From the IMG/VR virus record IMGVR_UViG_3300046804_002762, positions 1 through 64,000 of that record: DNA of 64,000 nt; one strand, given 5' to 3'. Origin of the DNA: a virus. Numbering within the stretch: position 1 is the first letter of the stretch; each line of letters opens with the position of its first letter. The notes beneath the pieces were generated by a model that worked only from the letters and a program-made list of their open reading frames with translations, was not told where the DNA came from and did not search any database. This document shows, one piece after another, positions 9,886-18,858 of this stretch. The translations under genes and the position numbers were made by a program.

Positions 9886-10691
9886 AAACTCATTTGTTAG
9901 TGGTTCTTCAGTCTCATTCAAAAGGCAATAGAGAAACCGATGAAAATCATAAAAGATATTGTAATGCTCCAAAGATTGAAGTATCTTCAAGATGTATATT
10001 TTCTGTAATTGATGCTTTGAATTATGCTCAAGAACAATATCCAGATTATGAAATAGAACTCCAAATTTTTGATGACCACTCAGACCAAGAGTTTCTGGAT
10101 ATTCTTCAACGACTTATTGATACTACAAAGTTCAAAGTCAACCTAACTCATATTGAAACTTATGGCATAATGCCTTCTATACTTCGTTGCTATGAGCACG
10201 GCAGAGATTGTGGGAAGGATTGGGTGTATTTTATTCAAGATGATTTTCTTCACCAACAAAATTCTATTGAGTTGATGATACATGCGATTAATCAATTTAG
10301 TTGTAATTTGGGACAGCCCGTTAGTATTTTCCCATTTAACAAACCGGCAGAATATCATGATCCAGTAAATACTGCTGTTCCTTGCAATCTTGTGGTTGGA
10401 AAAGATCGTTATTGGAGAACTAATATACATGTTGCAGTTACTTTAATGACTCATGTTAATGTTATAAAAAACAATTGGGATTTATTTTATAAGATGGGGA
10501 CCAGCGAGGTTAGTGATAGTATGGAAATGGATAGTATTTGTAAAATCTATTATGAAAAAGGATACTACTGTTTTACACCTATTCCATCATTAGCACTGCA
10601 TATGCAGACAGAATGGGATAAGGACTTTTTTATTGATTGGAAATCTTGGTGGAATGAATATGATTTGGAGAAATTAAATGAAAAAAATTGA
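9882..10691 (+). CDS. GT-A fold glycosyltransferase
   Basis: 'IFDDHSD', 'VYFIQDDFLH' and 'PIPSLALH' motifs. Confidence 0.7.
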   Translation: MKTHLLVVLQSHSKGNRETDENHKRYCNAPKIEVSSRCIFSVIDALNYAQEQYPDYEIELQIFDDHSDQEFLDILQRLIDTTKFKVNLTHIETYGIMPSILRCYEHGRDCGKDWVYFIQDDFLHQQNSIELMIHAINQFSCNLGQPVSIFPFNKPAEYHDPVNTAVPCNLVVGKDRYWRTNIHVAVTLMTHVNVIKNNWDLFYKMGTSEVSDSMEMDSICKIYYEKGYYCFTPIPSLALHMQTEWDKDFFIDWKSWWNEYDLEKLNEKN

Positions 10692-11376
10692 AGTATTTTT
10701 AAGACATTGTTATTATTCAAAAATTCAAGAAGCACCAGGAAAACAGAGACCTGAGTGGTGGGATAAAGAAAAGGTATTTCAGAACTTTAAGAGTACTCTT
10801 AATCCAGAAACTACAAACTACACAATTATCTACGATAAACATTATGGGGAAAGAAAGGATACTTTCCTTAAAGATGAGAAAAATGTCTATGAAATAGATT
10901 GTGGTAAAGAATCTCAAAGTTTTATCCAAACTTTGAATTATATTCTTTCTCAAGATTTAGATGATGATGTGATTGTTTATTTTTTAGAGGATGACTATGT
11001 TCATCGTCCAGGATGGGATAAAGTTTTAATTGATGGATTTAGTCTTCCTGTAGAATACGTAACTCTTTATGATCATGGAGATAAGTATCAAGAGATGTAT
11101 AAAGACTTTATGACTAAAGTTCTTCATACAAAATTATCTCACTGGATGCCCGTTCCATCTACAACTAATACCTTTGCTACCAAATTTAAGACATTAAAGG
11201 AAGATAAAAATATTCATATCAAATATTCTTTAAGTTATGAGCCAACCTATGATCACGGTAAATTTTTGGAACTACATAGTAACAGAAGAACTTTGATTTC
11301 TTGTATTCCTGGTTATTCCACACATTGCGAATCAAATTTATTATCACCTTGTATTGATTGGAAAAATTACTTATGA
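10678..11376 (+). CDS. GT-A fold glycosyltransferase
   Basis: 'VYFLEDDYVH' and 'IPGYSTH' motifs. Confidence 0.7.
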   Translation: MKKIEVFLRHCYYSKIQEAPGKQRPEWWDKEKVFQNFKSTLNPETTNYTIIYDKHYGERKDTFLKDEKNVYEIDCGKESQSFIQTLNYILSQDLDDDVIVYFLEDDYVHRPGWDKVLIDGFSLPVEYVTLYDHGDKYQEMYKDFMTKVLHTKLSHWMPVPSTTNTFATKFKTLKEDKNIHIKYSLSYEPTYDHGKFLELHSNRRTLISCIPGYSTHCESNLLSPCIDWKNYL

Positions 11377-13505
11377 ATTGGAAAGATGTTTCTGGATTTT
11401 TTGATTCAGATTTAGTCTATAAATTAGCAACAAAAACATTTCCAGAAGGATCTACCTTTGTAGAGATTGGATCCTGGATGGGAAGGTCTACTTGCTGTCT
11501 AGGTCAATTAATCAAAGATTCTAAAAAAGACATTAAGGTTTATGCAGTAGATACATTTGAGGGTAGTGAAGAGCACGGAGAATTATTAAAGGAAATTAGA
11601 GAACACTCAACTTCATTATTAGAAATTTTTAAAGGTCATACATCTTTATGTGGTGTTGATCATCTTATCACTCCAATCAAAGGAGCAAGTCTTGATGTTG
11701 TAAATCAATTTGAAGATCAGAGTATTGATTTTATTTTTATTGATGCTTCCCATGATTATGCTAATGTATTAGCAGATATTAGTGCTTGGTATCCTAAACT
11801 AAAACCAGGCGGTCTTATTGCTGGTGACGACTATGCTCCATGTTGGGGTGGAGTTATTCAAGCAGTAAATGAATATTTTACTGGTAAAACAGTATTTTTT
11901 CTAAATGGTGCCTTACAATATCCATATTCACAAAAAGTTTGGCATTGGTGTCATTTTAAACAATCAAAGGAGATGAAAAAGATGGATGTAACTCTTTATG
12001 CAATCGCAAAAAATGAGGAAAAAAATGTTGAGCGATTTATTGAAAACTCAAAGAAATTTTCAAAAACAATTGTAGTTGATACGGGAAGTACAGATAATAC
12101 AGTTCAACTTCTTCGTGATGCTGGTATTGAAGTTTACGAACATCCTCAGACCAGGGAAGAATTTGATTTTTCTGCAGCAAGAAATCAAGCACTTTCCTAT
12201 GCGGAAACTGATTGGGCTTTTTCTCTAGACTTTAATGAAGATTTGGAAGACTTTTTTCCAGATGGTCTAGAAGTTGTTGCTGGAGAGTTTACTACATTTA
12301 ATCATGAACGATATGATAAAGTTGATGATAAAGAACCAACATTAGGACAAGCATCTCATACTCGTTTTCATAGAACTAAGAACTATGCTTGGGTGAATGC
12401 AGTTCACGAAACTCCAACGTTCATTCCAACAGAAGATTATCTAAACGAAGTTGCAGTTGATACAACTATTAAAATTACAAAGAATGTTCATAATACTGTA
12501 GACAAAGAACTTTTTTACCTGTCTATCTGTGAAAGAGAATTTAATAAGGATCAAACTAATACTTATTTTCTTTGGTTTATTTTCAAACATTATTTCAATG
12601 TTAAGAATATTCAAAAAGTAATTGAATTTGGTCAGCATTATTTGAATATTTCCAAACCTTATTTTGATCCAATGAGGATTGATGTTTTTATTATGACTAG
12701 CATCTCTTTAATCAGTTCTGGAGATATTCAAAAAGCATCTAATTATGCTTTCCATGCACTCAGTGAAGCAATGAATATTGGTGGAGAAATTATTGGTAAA
12801 GCATTTACTCATTTGCTGAATATTGGAAAATTAACACAAAATCCAAATATTATCGTATTTGCAACGGCATTTAATCCAGATACACTAAGACTTCCAGAAA
12901 GAACAGAATCAATTGATAAGTTGTTCTTAACTAATTTGGACGATACTCCAACTACTGCTTGGATGGGACATCGTAATTTTGCAGAGTGGATTGTAAAACA
13001 ACTGAATCCAGAAGTAATTGTAGATCTTGGAGTTGACTGGGGTTATTCTACATTCTCATTTGCTATTCCAAGAATTGGAAAGGTATATGGTATTGATAAT
13101 TTCTCAGGTGATGATTTTATTGGAACAGTAGATTCTTATCCTTTCGTAACCATGAAGAGAGATAAGTTACACCTTCAAGATAATATTGAATTCATCAAGG
13201 GTGATTTTAATGAAGTGGTAAAAACATGGGATAAGAAGATTGATATTCTTCACATTGATGGAAGTCACCATTATGAAGATGTCAAAAAAGATTTTGAAAA
13301 TTGGAGTAAATTTGTAAATGATGATGGCGTAATTCTACTTCACGATACTGCTATTGAAGATTATGATGGAAAATTCTATGGTGTTAAAAAATTCTTTGAT
13401 GAAATTGATTTACCAAAATGTACCTTTACCCACTCCTTCGGACTTGGTGTAATTTCTAAGAATGAAAAACTAATTGAATTGATTAAGAATACTTTTAATC
13501 TATGA
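11373..13505 (+). CDS. Multidomain protein: SAM methyltransferase (Methyltransf_24-like) + GT2 + helical region + second methyltransferase
   Basis: 'VEIGSWMGRS..FIFIDASHDY..KPGGLIAGDDY', then 'YAIAKNEE..VVDTGSTDNT', then 'VDLGVDWGYS..LHIDGSHHY..LLHD'. The likely start is the ATG at 11373. Confidence 0.8.
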   Translation: MNWKDVSGFFDSDLVYKLATKTFPEGSTFVEIGSWMGRSTCCLGQLIKDSKKDIKVYAVDTFEGSEEHGELLKEIREHSTSLLEIFKGHTSLCGVDHLITPIKGASLDVVNQFEDQSIDFIFIDASHDYANVLADISAWYPKLKPGGLIAGDDYAPCWGGVIQAVNEYFTGKTVFFLNGALQYPYSQKVWHWCHFKQSKEMKKMDVTLYAIAKNEEKNVERFIENSKKFSKTIVVDTGSTDNTVQLLRDAGIEVYEHPQTREEFDFSAARNQALSYAETDWAFSLDFNEDLEDFFPDGLEVVAGEFTTFNHERYDKVDDKEPTLGQASHTRFHRTKNYAWVNAVHETPTFIPTEDYLNEVAVDTTIKITKNVHNTVDKELFYLSICEREFNKDQTNTYFLWFIFKHYFNVKNIQKVIEFGQHYLNISKPYFDPMRIDVFIMTSISLISSGDIQKASNYAFHALSEAMNIGGEIIGKAFTHLLNIGKLTQNPNIIVFATAFNPDTLRLPERTESIDKLFLTNLDDTPTTAWMGHRNFAEWIVKQLNPEVIVDLGVDWGYSTFSFAIPRIGKVYGIDNFSGDDFIGTVDSYPFVTMKRDKLHLQDNIEFIKGDFNEVVKTWDKKIDILHIDGSHHYEDVKKDFENWSKFVNDDGVILLHDTAIEDYDGKFYGVKKFFDEIDLPKCTFTHSFGLGVISKNEKLIELIKNTFNL

Positions 13506-14092
13506 AGGTAGTTCAAATAGGTTCTAATAAAGGAAACGATGATCTATCAGAATACTTACTATCCAATTATGAACAGTTAGACTTTGGATTGTTTGTAGAA
13601 GCAATACCATTACACACAACAGAACTAAAAAAATGCTATTCAAAGTACAATAATATTTTTGTAGAAAATGTTGTTGTTAAGTCTCCACACTATGAAAAGG
13701 ATGAAATAAAATTTTATTTTCTAACAAGTAATAAACCAGATTATGGAATTTCATCCTGCTCAAAAGAGCACATAGAACAACATATTAGAGATATACCTCA
13801 TTTATCGGGTGGTAAAATTTTAGAATTTAATTTACCACGTATAACTATGGAAAATCTTTTAGACAAATACAGCATTGAGTCTTTAGATTTATTGGCACTT
13901 GATGCGGAGGGTATTGAATCTGATATTCTCTTAAATTTTAACTGGGAAAAATATGATATTAAGAGAGTTCAATTTGAATATATTCACTTAAAGGAAAAAA
14001 CTAATACTGTTAAGGATATGTTCCTTAATATGGGATATAGACAAGTTAAACCTATAGATAGATTTAATTTTGATTGGGCATTTGAAAAATGA
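13502..14092 (+). CDS. FkbM-family methyltransferase
   Basis: 'VVQIGSNKG..FVEAIP..DLLALDAEGIE..FE'. Confidence 0.75.
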   Translation: MKVVQIGSNKGNDDLSEYLLSNYEQLDFGLFVEAIPLHTTELKKCYSKYNNIFVENVVVKSPHYEKDEIKFYFLTSNKPDYGISSCSKEHIEQHIRDIPHLSGGKILEFNLPRITMENLLDKYSIESLDLLALDAEGIESDILLNFNWEKYDIKRVQFEYIHLKEKTNTVKDMFLNMGYRQVKPIDRFNFDWAFEK

Positions 14093-14859
14093 AGATTGTA
14101 ATTGAAAAAGGATTGTGGGAAACTGACTTCTTACTAAATGAAATTTTACCTAAAGGAGAAGTTTCTCATAATCTAAATGATGCTGCTGATGTTTTTATTT
14201 TTGCATCAAGGGCACACACATATAATGAGATATTATCAATAGTCCAAAAAACAAAACCAAAAATTATAATTTGCCTTTCTGATGAATTGATTGTAGAAAA
14301 TCTACAGCAGTTCAATCAGTTAGGCAATTATTGTGATTTATTTTTAAGGCAATATCATCATCCTCAATACACCTATACGTCAAACACAATTCACATTCCT
14401 CTTGGATATACAAATGGATGTAAAGTGTTTCAAGAACCAAAGGAATTAAATTGGTCTTTTCTTGGAGAAATCAAAACAGACCGACAAGAAATGATTGATA
14501 CATTCAGAAGTATTCCAAAACACTTTGTTGGTAAGTCTTTGTCCAAAGATTTAATGTGCAAGATATACTCTAAATCCATATTTGTTCCTTGCGGACGTGG
14601 TAATTCATCATTAGATTGTTTTAGACTTTACGAAGCATCTATGAATGGATCTATTCCCGTTCTTGTTGGTTCTCAAGATGAAATAGAATGCACTTTTAAG
14701 TATGAAGAAAATCCACCATGGATATTTGCAGAGACTTGGAAAGATGCATTAGATAAATGCGAATCACTACTAGAAAGACCAATAGATAATACACCAGTTT
14801 TGAATTGGTGGAAGAGTAGAATTGATAAGATTAAATCTAAAGTATTAGAGGTACTATGA
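14089..14859 (+). CDS. Exostosin (GT47)-like glycosyltransferase
   Basis: 'SIFVPCGRGNSSLDCFRLYEASMNGSIPV'. Confidence 0.7.
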   Translation: MKIVIEKGLWETDFLLNEILPKGEVSHNLNDAADVFIFASRAHTYNEILSIVQKTKPKIIICLSDELIVENLQQFNQLGNYCDLFLRQYHHPQYTYTSNTIHIPLGYTNGCKVFQEPKELNWSFLGEIKTDRQEMIDTFRSIPKHFVGKSLSKDLMCKIYSKSIFVPCGRGNSSLDCFRLYEASMNGSIPVLVGSQDEIECTFKYEENPPWIFAETWKDALDKCESLLERPIDNTPVLNWWKSRIDKIKSKVLEVL

Positions 14860-15212
14860 AAATTACAATTCCCATTTCTGTAGGTGAACTTTTAGATAAG
14901 ATTACTATCTTGGAAATCAAATCTATGTTCACGGATGATAAGTATGTTTTAAAAGAATTAGAAGCATTAAATTTAATCAAAAGCACTCTAACTCAATATA
15001 CTTTAGAGTATGAAGTTCAACTTAAGAAAGTAAATGAAAAACTTTGGAAAATAGAAGATAAGTTAAGAAAGTTGGAGCAAGAGCAAAGATTTGATAATGA
15101 ATTTATTGAACTTGCTAGAAGTGTTTATAAAATTAATGATGAAAGAGCAAGAATAAAAAGAGAAATTAATGAATTGTGCAATTCTGATTATAGAGAAGTA
15201 AAGGTATACTAA
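14856..15212 (+). CDS. DUF6165-like coiled-coil protein
   Basis: 'IPISVGELLDKITILEIK..LWKIEDKLR..FIELARSVY..NDERARIK', a family often found beside TPR-glycosyltransferases. Confidence 0.7.
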   Translation: MKITIPISVGELLDKITILEIKSMFTDDKYVLKELEALNLIKSTLTQYTLEYEVQLKKVNEKLWKIEDKLRKLEQEQRFDNEFIELARSVYKINDERARIKREINELCNSDYREVKVY

Positions 15213-15219
15213 ATACTTA

Positions 15220-15357
15220 AAAGTTCTTACCATTGGCGTGCGAGGTGAAAATTATTTTGGGGGAAGAATATCACAAACACAAATATACAACAGAGCACTG
15301 ACAGCATTAGAAATTCAACAAAACTTCAATGCAAATCGTGGAAGGTTTGGCATCTAA
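15220..15357 (+). pseudogene. Remnant C-terminus of a LamG/concanavalin A-like domain gene
   Basis: Translates as '..NYFGGRISQTQIYNRALTALEIQQNFNANRGRFGI*' directly after late promoter 15210 and an SD-like GAGGTG, with no ATG. Confidence 0.65.
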
Positions 15358-15539
15358 CCACTTCTTAAACTGGCACAAGACGCCACCAGAATCTCCCTGG
15401 TGGGTTTTATAGTATCTACAGTTCACCAGAGACCGATGCGGTTCTCCAACCTAGACCGATTGATTTTTATTGGTAGTTTTATGATACTGATGAACTGGGG
15501 AGTTCGTCTTACTAATGTTACTTTGAATGCATTGTTCTG

Positions 15540-15977
15540 ATGCTTACATTATACACCAGTGGATACAATTATAGCAAGCGTAGATGTAGTCGCATCGTAG
15601 ATTGGTTTGTTTCCAAACACTTTCCTAGGCATAAACTAGAGATTTCTATAAACCATCGTGGTTTAAGTCATGAGAGTGTTTATGGTTGGGTATGGGTTTC
15701 TGATTGTAACTACAGACCTCGTTCATTTGAGATTGAAATACACAATCAGATGACACCAGAACACTACACCAAGACGCTTCTACATGAACTCTATCACGTT
15801 TATCAACATGTTAAGGGTACTCTTAAGGATAAGCACGGTAAGCGTCTCTGGAGGGGCATAGACTACACGGAGACGAACTATTCAGAGCAACCATGGGAAA
15901 TACAAGCACATCAAATGGAAGAAGTACTCTATGAAGAATATCTAGAGTACTTGACAATCTCTCAAAACTCACTATAA
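15540..15977 (+). CDS. Putative zinc metallopeptidase (HEXXH)
   Basis: 'LLHELYHVYQH..PWEIQA'. Confidence 0.65.
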   Translation: MLTLYTSGYNYSKRRCSRIVDWFVSKHFPRHKLEISINHRGLSHESVYGWVWVSDCNYRPRSFEIEIHNQMTPEHYTKTLLHELYHVYQHVKGTLKDKHGKRLWRGIDYTETNYSEQPWEIQAHQMEEVLYEEYLEYLTISQNSL

Positions 15978-15978
15978 T
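15951..15978 (+). promoter_or_regulatory. Sigma70-like promoter
   Basis: TTGACA-16-TATAAT upstream of ORF 16003. Confidence 0.65.
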
Positions 15979-17362
15979 ACCTTTGTCGAGGTTAAACAAA
16001 CTATGATCTCTATGAAAATTCAGAAACCAGAATTTATCTGTGTATCTCCAAAAACTTCTGATGCAAAAGAAATCTTTGTAACTGATATGCACAAACTTCA
16101 TTCTTGTAAAGTTAAAGAACGTAAGAATGGTCTTGTAAGACTTGAAAGTATCTCTGGAAAAGTCTTTTTCTGGATGAATGAAAGTGATGATCTGAACTGG
16201 AAGATTATCAAATGAACAAACTGATCGCTCTACTATTTCTGCTTCCTACCTCTATATCAGCACAAGAAGTTTATTCAATTAATATAAATCGTTTGTGTGC
16301 AGAAATTGTAGGAATTCCTTATGCTTCTGATGATTTTTCTGATGAAGATTGGCAACAATTTAAATCTTGTGTAAATTATGTAAAAGATTTTCAAGTTAAA
16401 TAGTAGTAGAATAGGAGAACGTTATGGTTGTTTTATTTTCAGCAGCCATTATTTCTTGTCAACAAGCACTTGGTATTATTCATCGTCTTACAAAAGTCGT
16501 TGGATTAACTGAAACTCAAAAGAGTGAGATAGTTGCAGAGGTTCGCAAAGCTATTCCTTTCTGTCCAGTAATTATTAAGAACGATGCAAAGTGAAACTTA
16601 TGAAGACAAATGGAACAGGGGACTTACTCTGTTTGAGGAAAGTGTTCTAAAACCTGATGTTGAATTGAGACAGTGTGCTCATAATCAACAGTGTTATAAT
16701 CAACTTATGGAAGTTCGTCAGCAAGTTCTAGAATACTTAAAGGCATTAAGAAGATGAGTTCTACTTACATATATTTGATCATCTTTGGATGTGCTGGATA
16801 TCTAATTTCAACAGATCCAAGCATTGCCAAAGCAGTAGTCTTTATTACTAAAATTGTTAAAAATAAGTTTATCATATTCAAGTGGTGGTTCATTCATAAT
16901 CCCAAAACACCTTGGGCTAGATATTCAATGCACCGTCGTTCAATGAAGATGGCAGAAGAACTAATGAAAGAGTTTGAAGAAAAGAATAGATGAGTATAAG
17001 TGCGTAGGCATAAATTTTTGTTAAGAAACTCACACAAAATACCTAGATAGTGGTACAATATTGGAGTGAGAAAACAATGAAAGAAAACCAATCTTTATTA
17101 TGATGTTCTTTGTGCATGGAGGTTATTATGCACAATTTAATTTCTTTTAATCAACTAGCTGCTTGGAAACAACTTGAACCAACTATAAATGAATTCATTG
17201 ATCATCATGAACTGATGAATGACTATTTTAATTGTATGATTGAATGTGATGACGATCAGCAAAGTTGCAAGCGAATATGTAGAGAGATGTTGTCTTCTTG
17301 AACCAGTTAAATATCCGTCCATACGCCCTTGACTTTTGCAGTCAGGGGTTTTATATTTTAAA

Positions 17363-17484
17363 TAAATACTAGTGCCTTATTGGGAAATAAAGGTAAAAAA
17401 TGGTGGAATGATGGAACTAATAGTAAATTTTGCAAAGAGTGTCCTGGCGATGGGTGGACTTTGGGTAGAATAAGACACTGGTAA
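17363..17484 (+). pseudogene. Homing endonuclease remnant
   Basis: TAAATA late promoter followed after ~12 nt by 'GNKGKKWWNDGTNSKFCKECPGDGWTLGRIRHW*', a C-terminal motif typical of phage HNH/GIY-YIG endonucleases. No start codon or nuclease domain. Confidence 0.65.
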
Positions 17485-17530
17485 AACTGGCACACTCCAA
17501 ATTGACACACCACACAAATTCCACTATACT
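17474..17530 (+). promoter_or_regulatory. Sigma70-like promoter with upstream AACTGGCACA box
   Basis: AACTGGCACA 17485-94, TTGACA 17502, 17-nt spacer, TATACT 17525. Confidence 0.75.
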
Positions 17531-18150
17531 GAACTCATTGATTCAAACCTCTAACAATGTACGAAGCGACTGTCCAGTTCAAGTTTGATGCAACCTGGAC
17601 TCCCAGTTATAGTTCTTCATTTTCTGATGATGACTTTATCCCAGAAGAACACTATTTGATCACTGCTCCCGCTGCTGACTTGAACGCCAAGCAGTATTTC
17701 AAACTGTTTGAAAAGTTCTTGTTGTGTGTTGGTATGTGCCCCGCAAGTATCCGTAGTGGTGCGATGTCGTTGGTCTTTAATGATTTTGTGAGTGAAGAAG
17801 AACAACGTAAAGTCTGTAAAGAATATGAACTGACGATGGATGAGGACCTTGATGAGAAGTTTAAGGAATGGAAAGTCCGTGATGAAGAATGGGCACGACT
17901 AAAAAAAGGTCCTATGGGAACTGTACTGAATGAAGAGGAACTGACGAATCTGGAAGAAGGGCAATGAGTGATAGAGCAAAAGAGTTTATGAGTTTCGTTT
18001 GGGACCAACGAAACAATCAAGGTGCTGATACTGAAGAGAAACTGGTTGCTGCTATTCTTTCAATCGCTGCTGAGTATGTAATATCATACAACGCACAAGA
18101 TGGTAGAGTAGTTTTGGATAAAAATGACATTCTACAACTTGCGGAGGAAC

Positions 18151-18246
18151 TAAATAATAGTGCTTGATTAAGTCGCATTTCTCAAGTGGAAGGGGGCATT
18201 TTGCCCTTTTCTTATATAAATAATATTGCGACTTAAATCAAAGCAG
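18151..18246 (+). promoter_or_regulatory. Endonuclease leader module (late promoter / hairpin / terminator / late promoter / complementary arm)
   Basis: TAAATA 18151. Arm tgcttgattaagtcgca pairs with tgcgacttaaatcaaagca. Internal hairpin gaagggggca-ttt-tgcccttttc. TATAAATA 18215. Confidence 0.7.
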
Positions 18247-18858
18247 ATGGAATACTACACTTACGCATACCTGCGTGAAGATGGAACACCTTACTATATT
18301 GGTAAAGGTAAAAATCGCAGGGCTTTTGATAGGAAAAAGCACACCGTATTTGTTCCTTCTACAAACAGGATACTTTTATTGAAACAAAATCTAACAGAAG
18401 AAGAAGCATTTAGGCACGAAATCTATATGATTGGTGTGTTTGGTAGAAAAGATTTGGGAACTGGTATTCTTCATAATAAAACTGATGGAGGAGAAGGTTC
18501 AAGTGGATATAGGCATATTAATGAGTATAAAAATACAATTAGGCAAAAACAATTGAAACGATGGTCAAAGGAAGAAGAAAGAAATAAAATAACGGGTGAT
18601 AAAAATCCATTTTTTGGCAAAAAACACACTAAAGAAACAAAAGAAAAAATATCTGCTGATAGTAAATTGAGAACTAAAGGTTCTGATAATGGAAATTCAA
18701 AATCGTGGAAAATAACTTTTGAAAATGGAAAAGATGTAATTACTGATTGTATGAGTTCTTGGTGTAAAATAAATTCCTACAACTATTGGAGTGTCATAAA
18801 TGTGTATAAAAACCTTTCCAAAAATCACAAGGGTATTGTTTCCGTAATTCAATTGTGA
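18247..18858 (+). CDS. GIY-YIG homing endonuclease with NUMOD3 motif
   Basis: 'YYTYAYLREDGTPYYIGKGK..R..E..GILHNKTDGGEG' and 'NPFFGKKHTKETKEKIS'. Confidence 0.85.
   Translation: MEYYTYAYLREDGTPYYIGKGKNRRAFDRKKHTVFVPSTNRILLLKQNLTEEEAFRHEIYMIGVFGRKDLGTGILHNKTDGGEGSSGYRHINEYKNTIRQKQLKRWSKEEERNKITGDKNPFFGKKHTKETKEKISADSKLRTKGSDNGNSKSWKITFENGKDVITDCMSSWCKINSYNYWSVINVYKNLSKNHKGIVSVIQL

Larger units (their letters stand above)
16003..18167 (+). other. Run of small hypothetical ORFs (16003, 16212, 16754, 17128, 17557, 17964 and others under 60 aa)
   Basis: Tightly packed + strand ORFs with no recognisable domains. Confidence 0.6.

Noticed and set aside
17128-17301. Cys-rich small ORF as CP12
   Set aside because: It lacks the AWD.VEEL and C-terminal C..NP..EC..YD signature of CP12.
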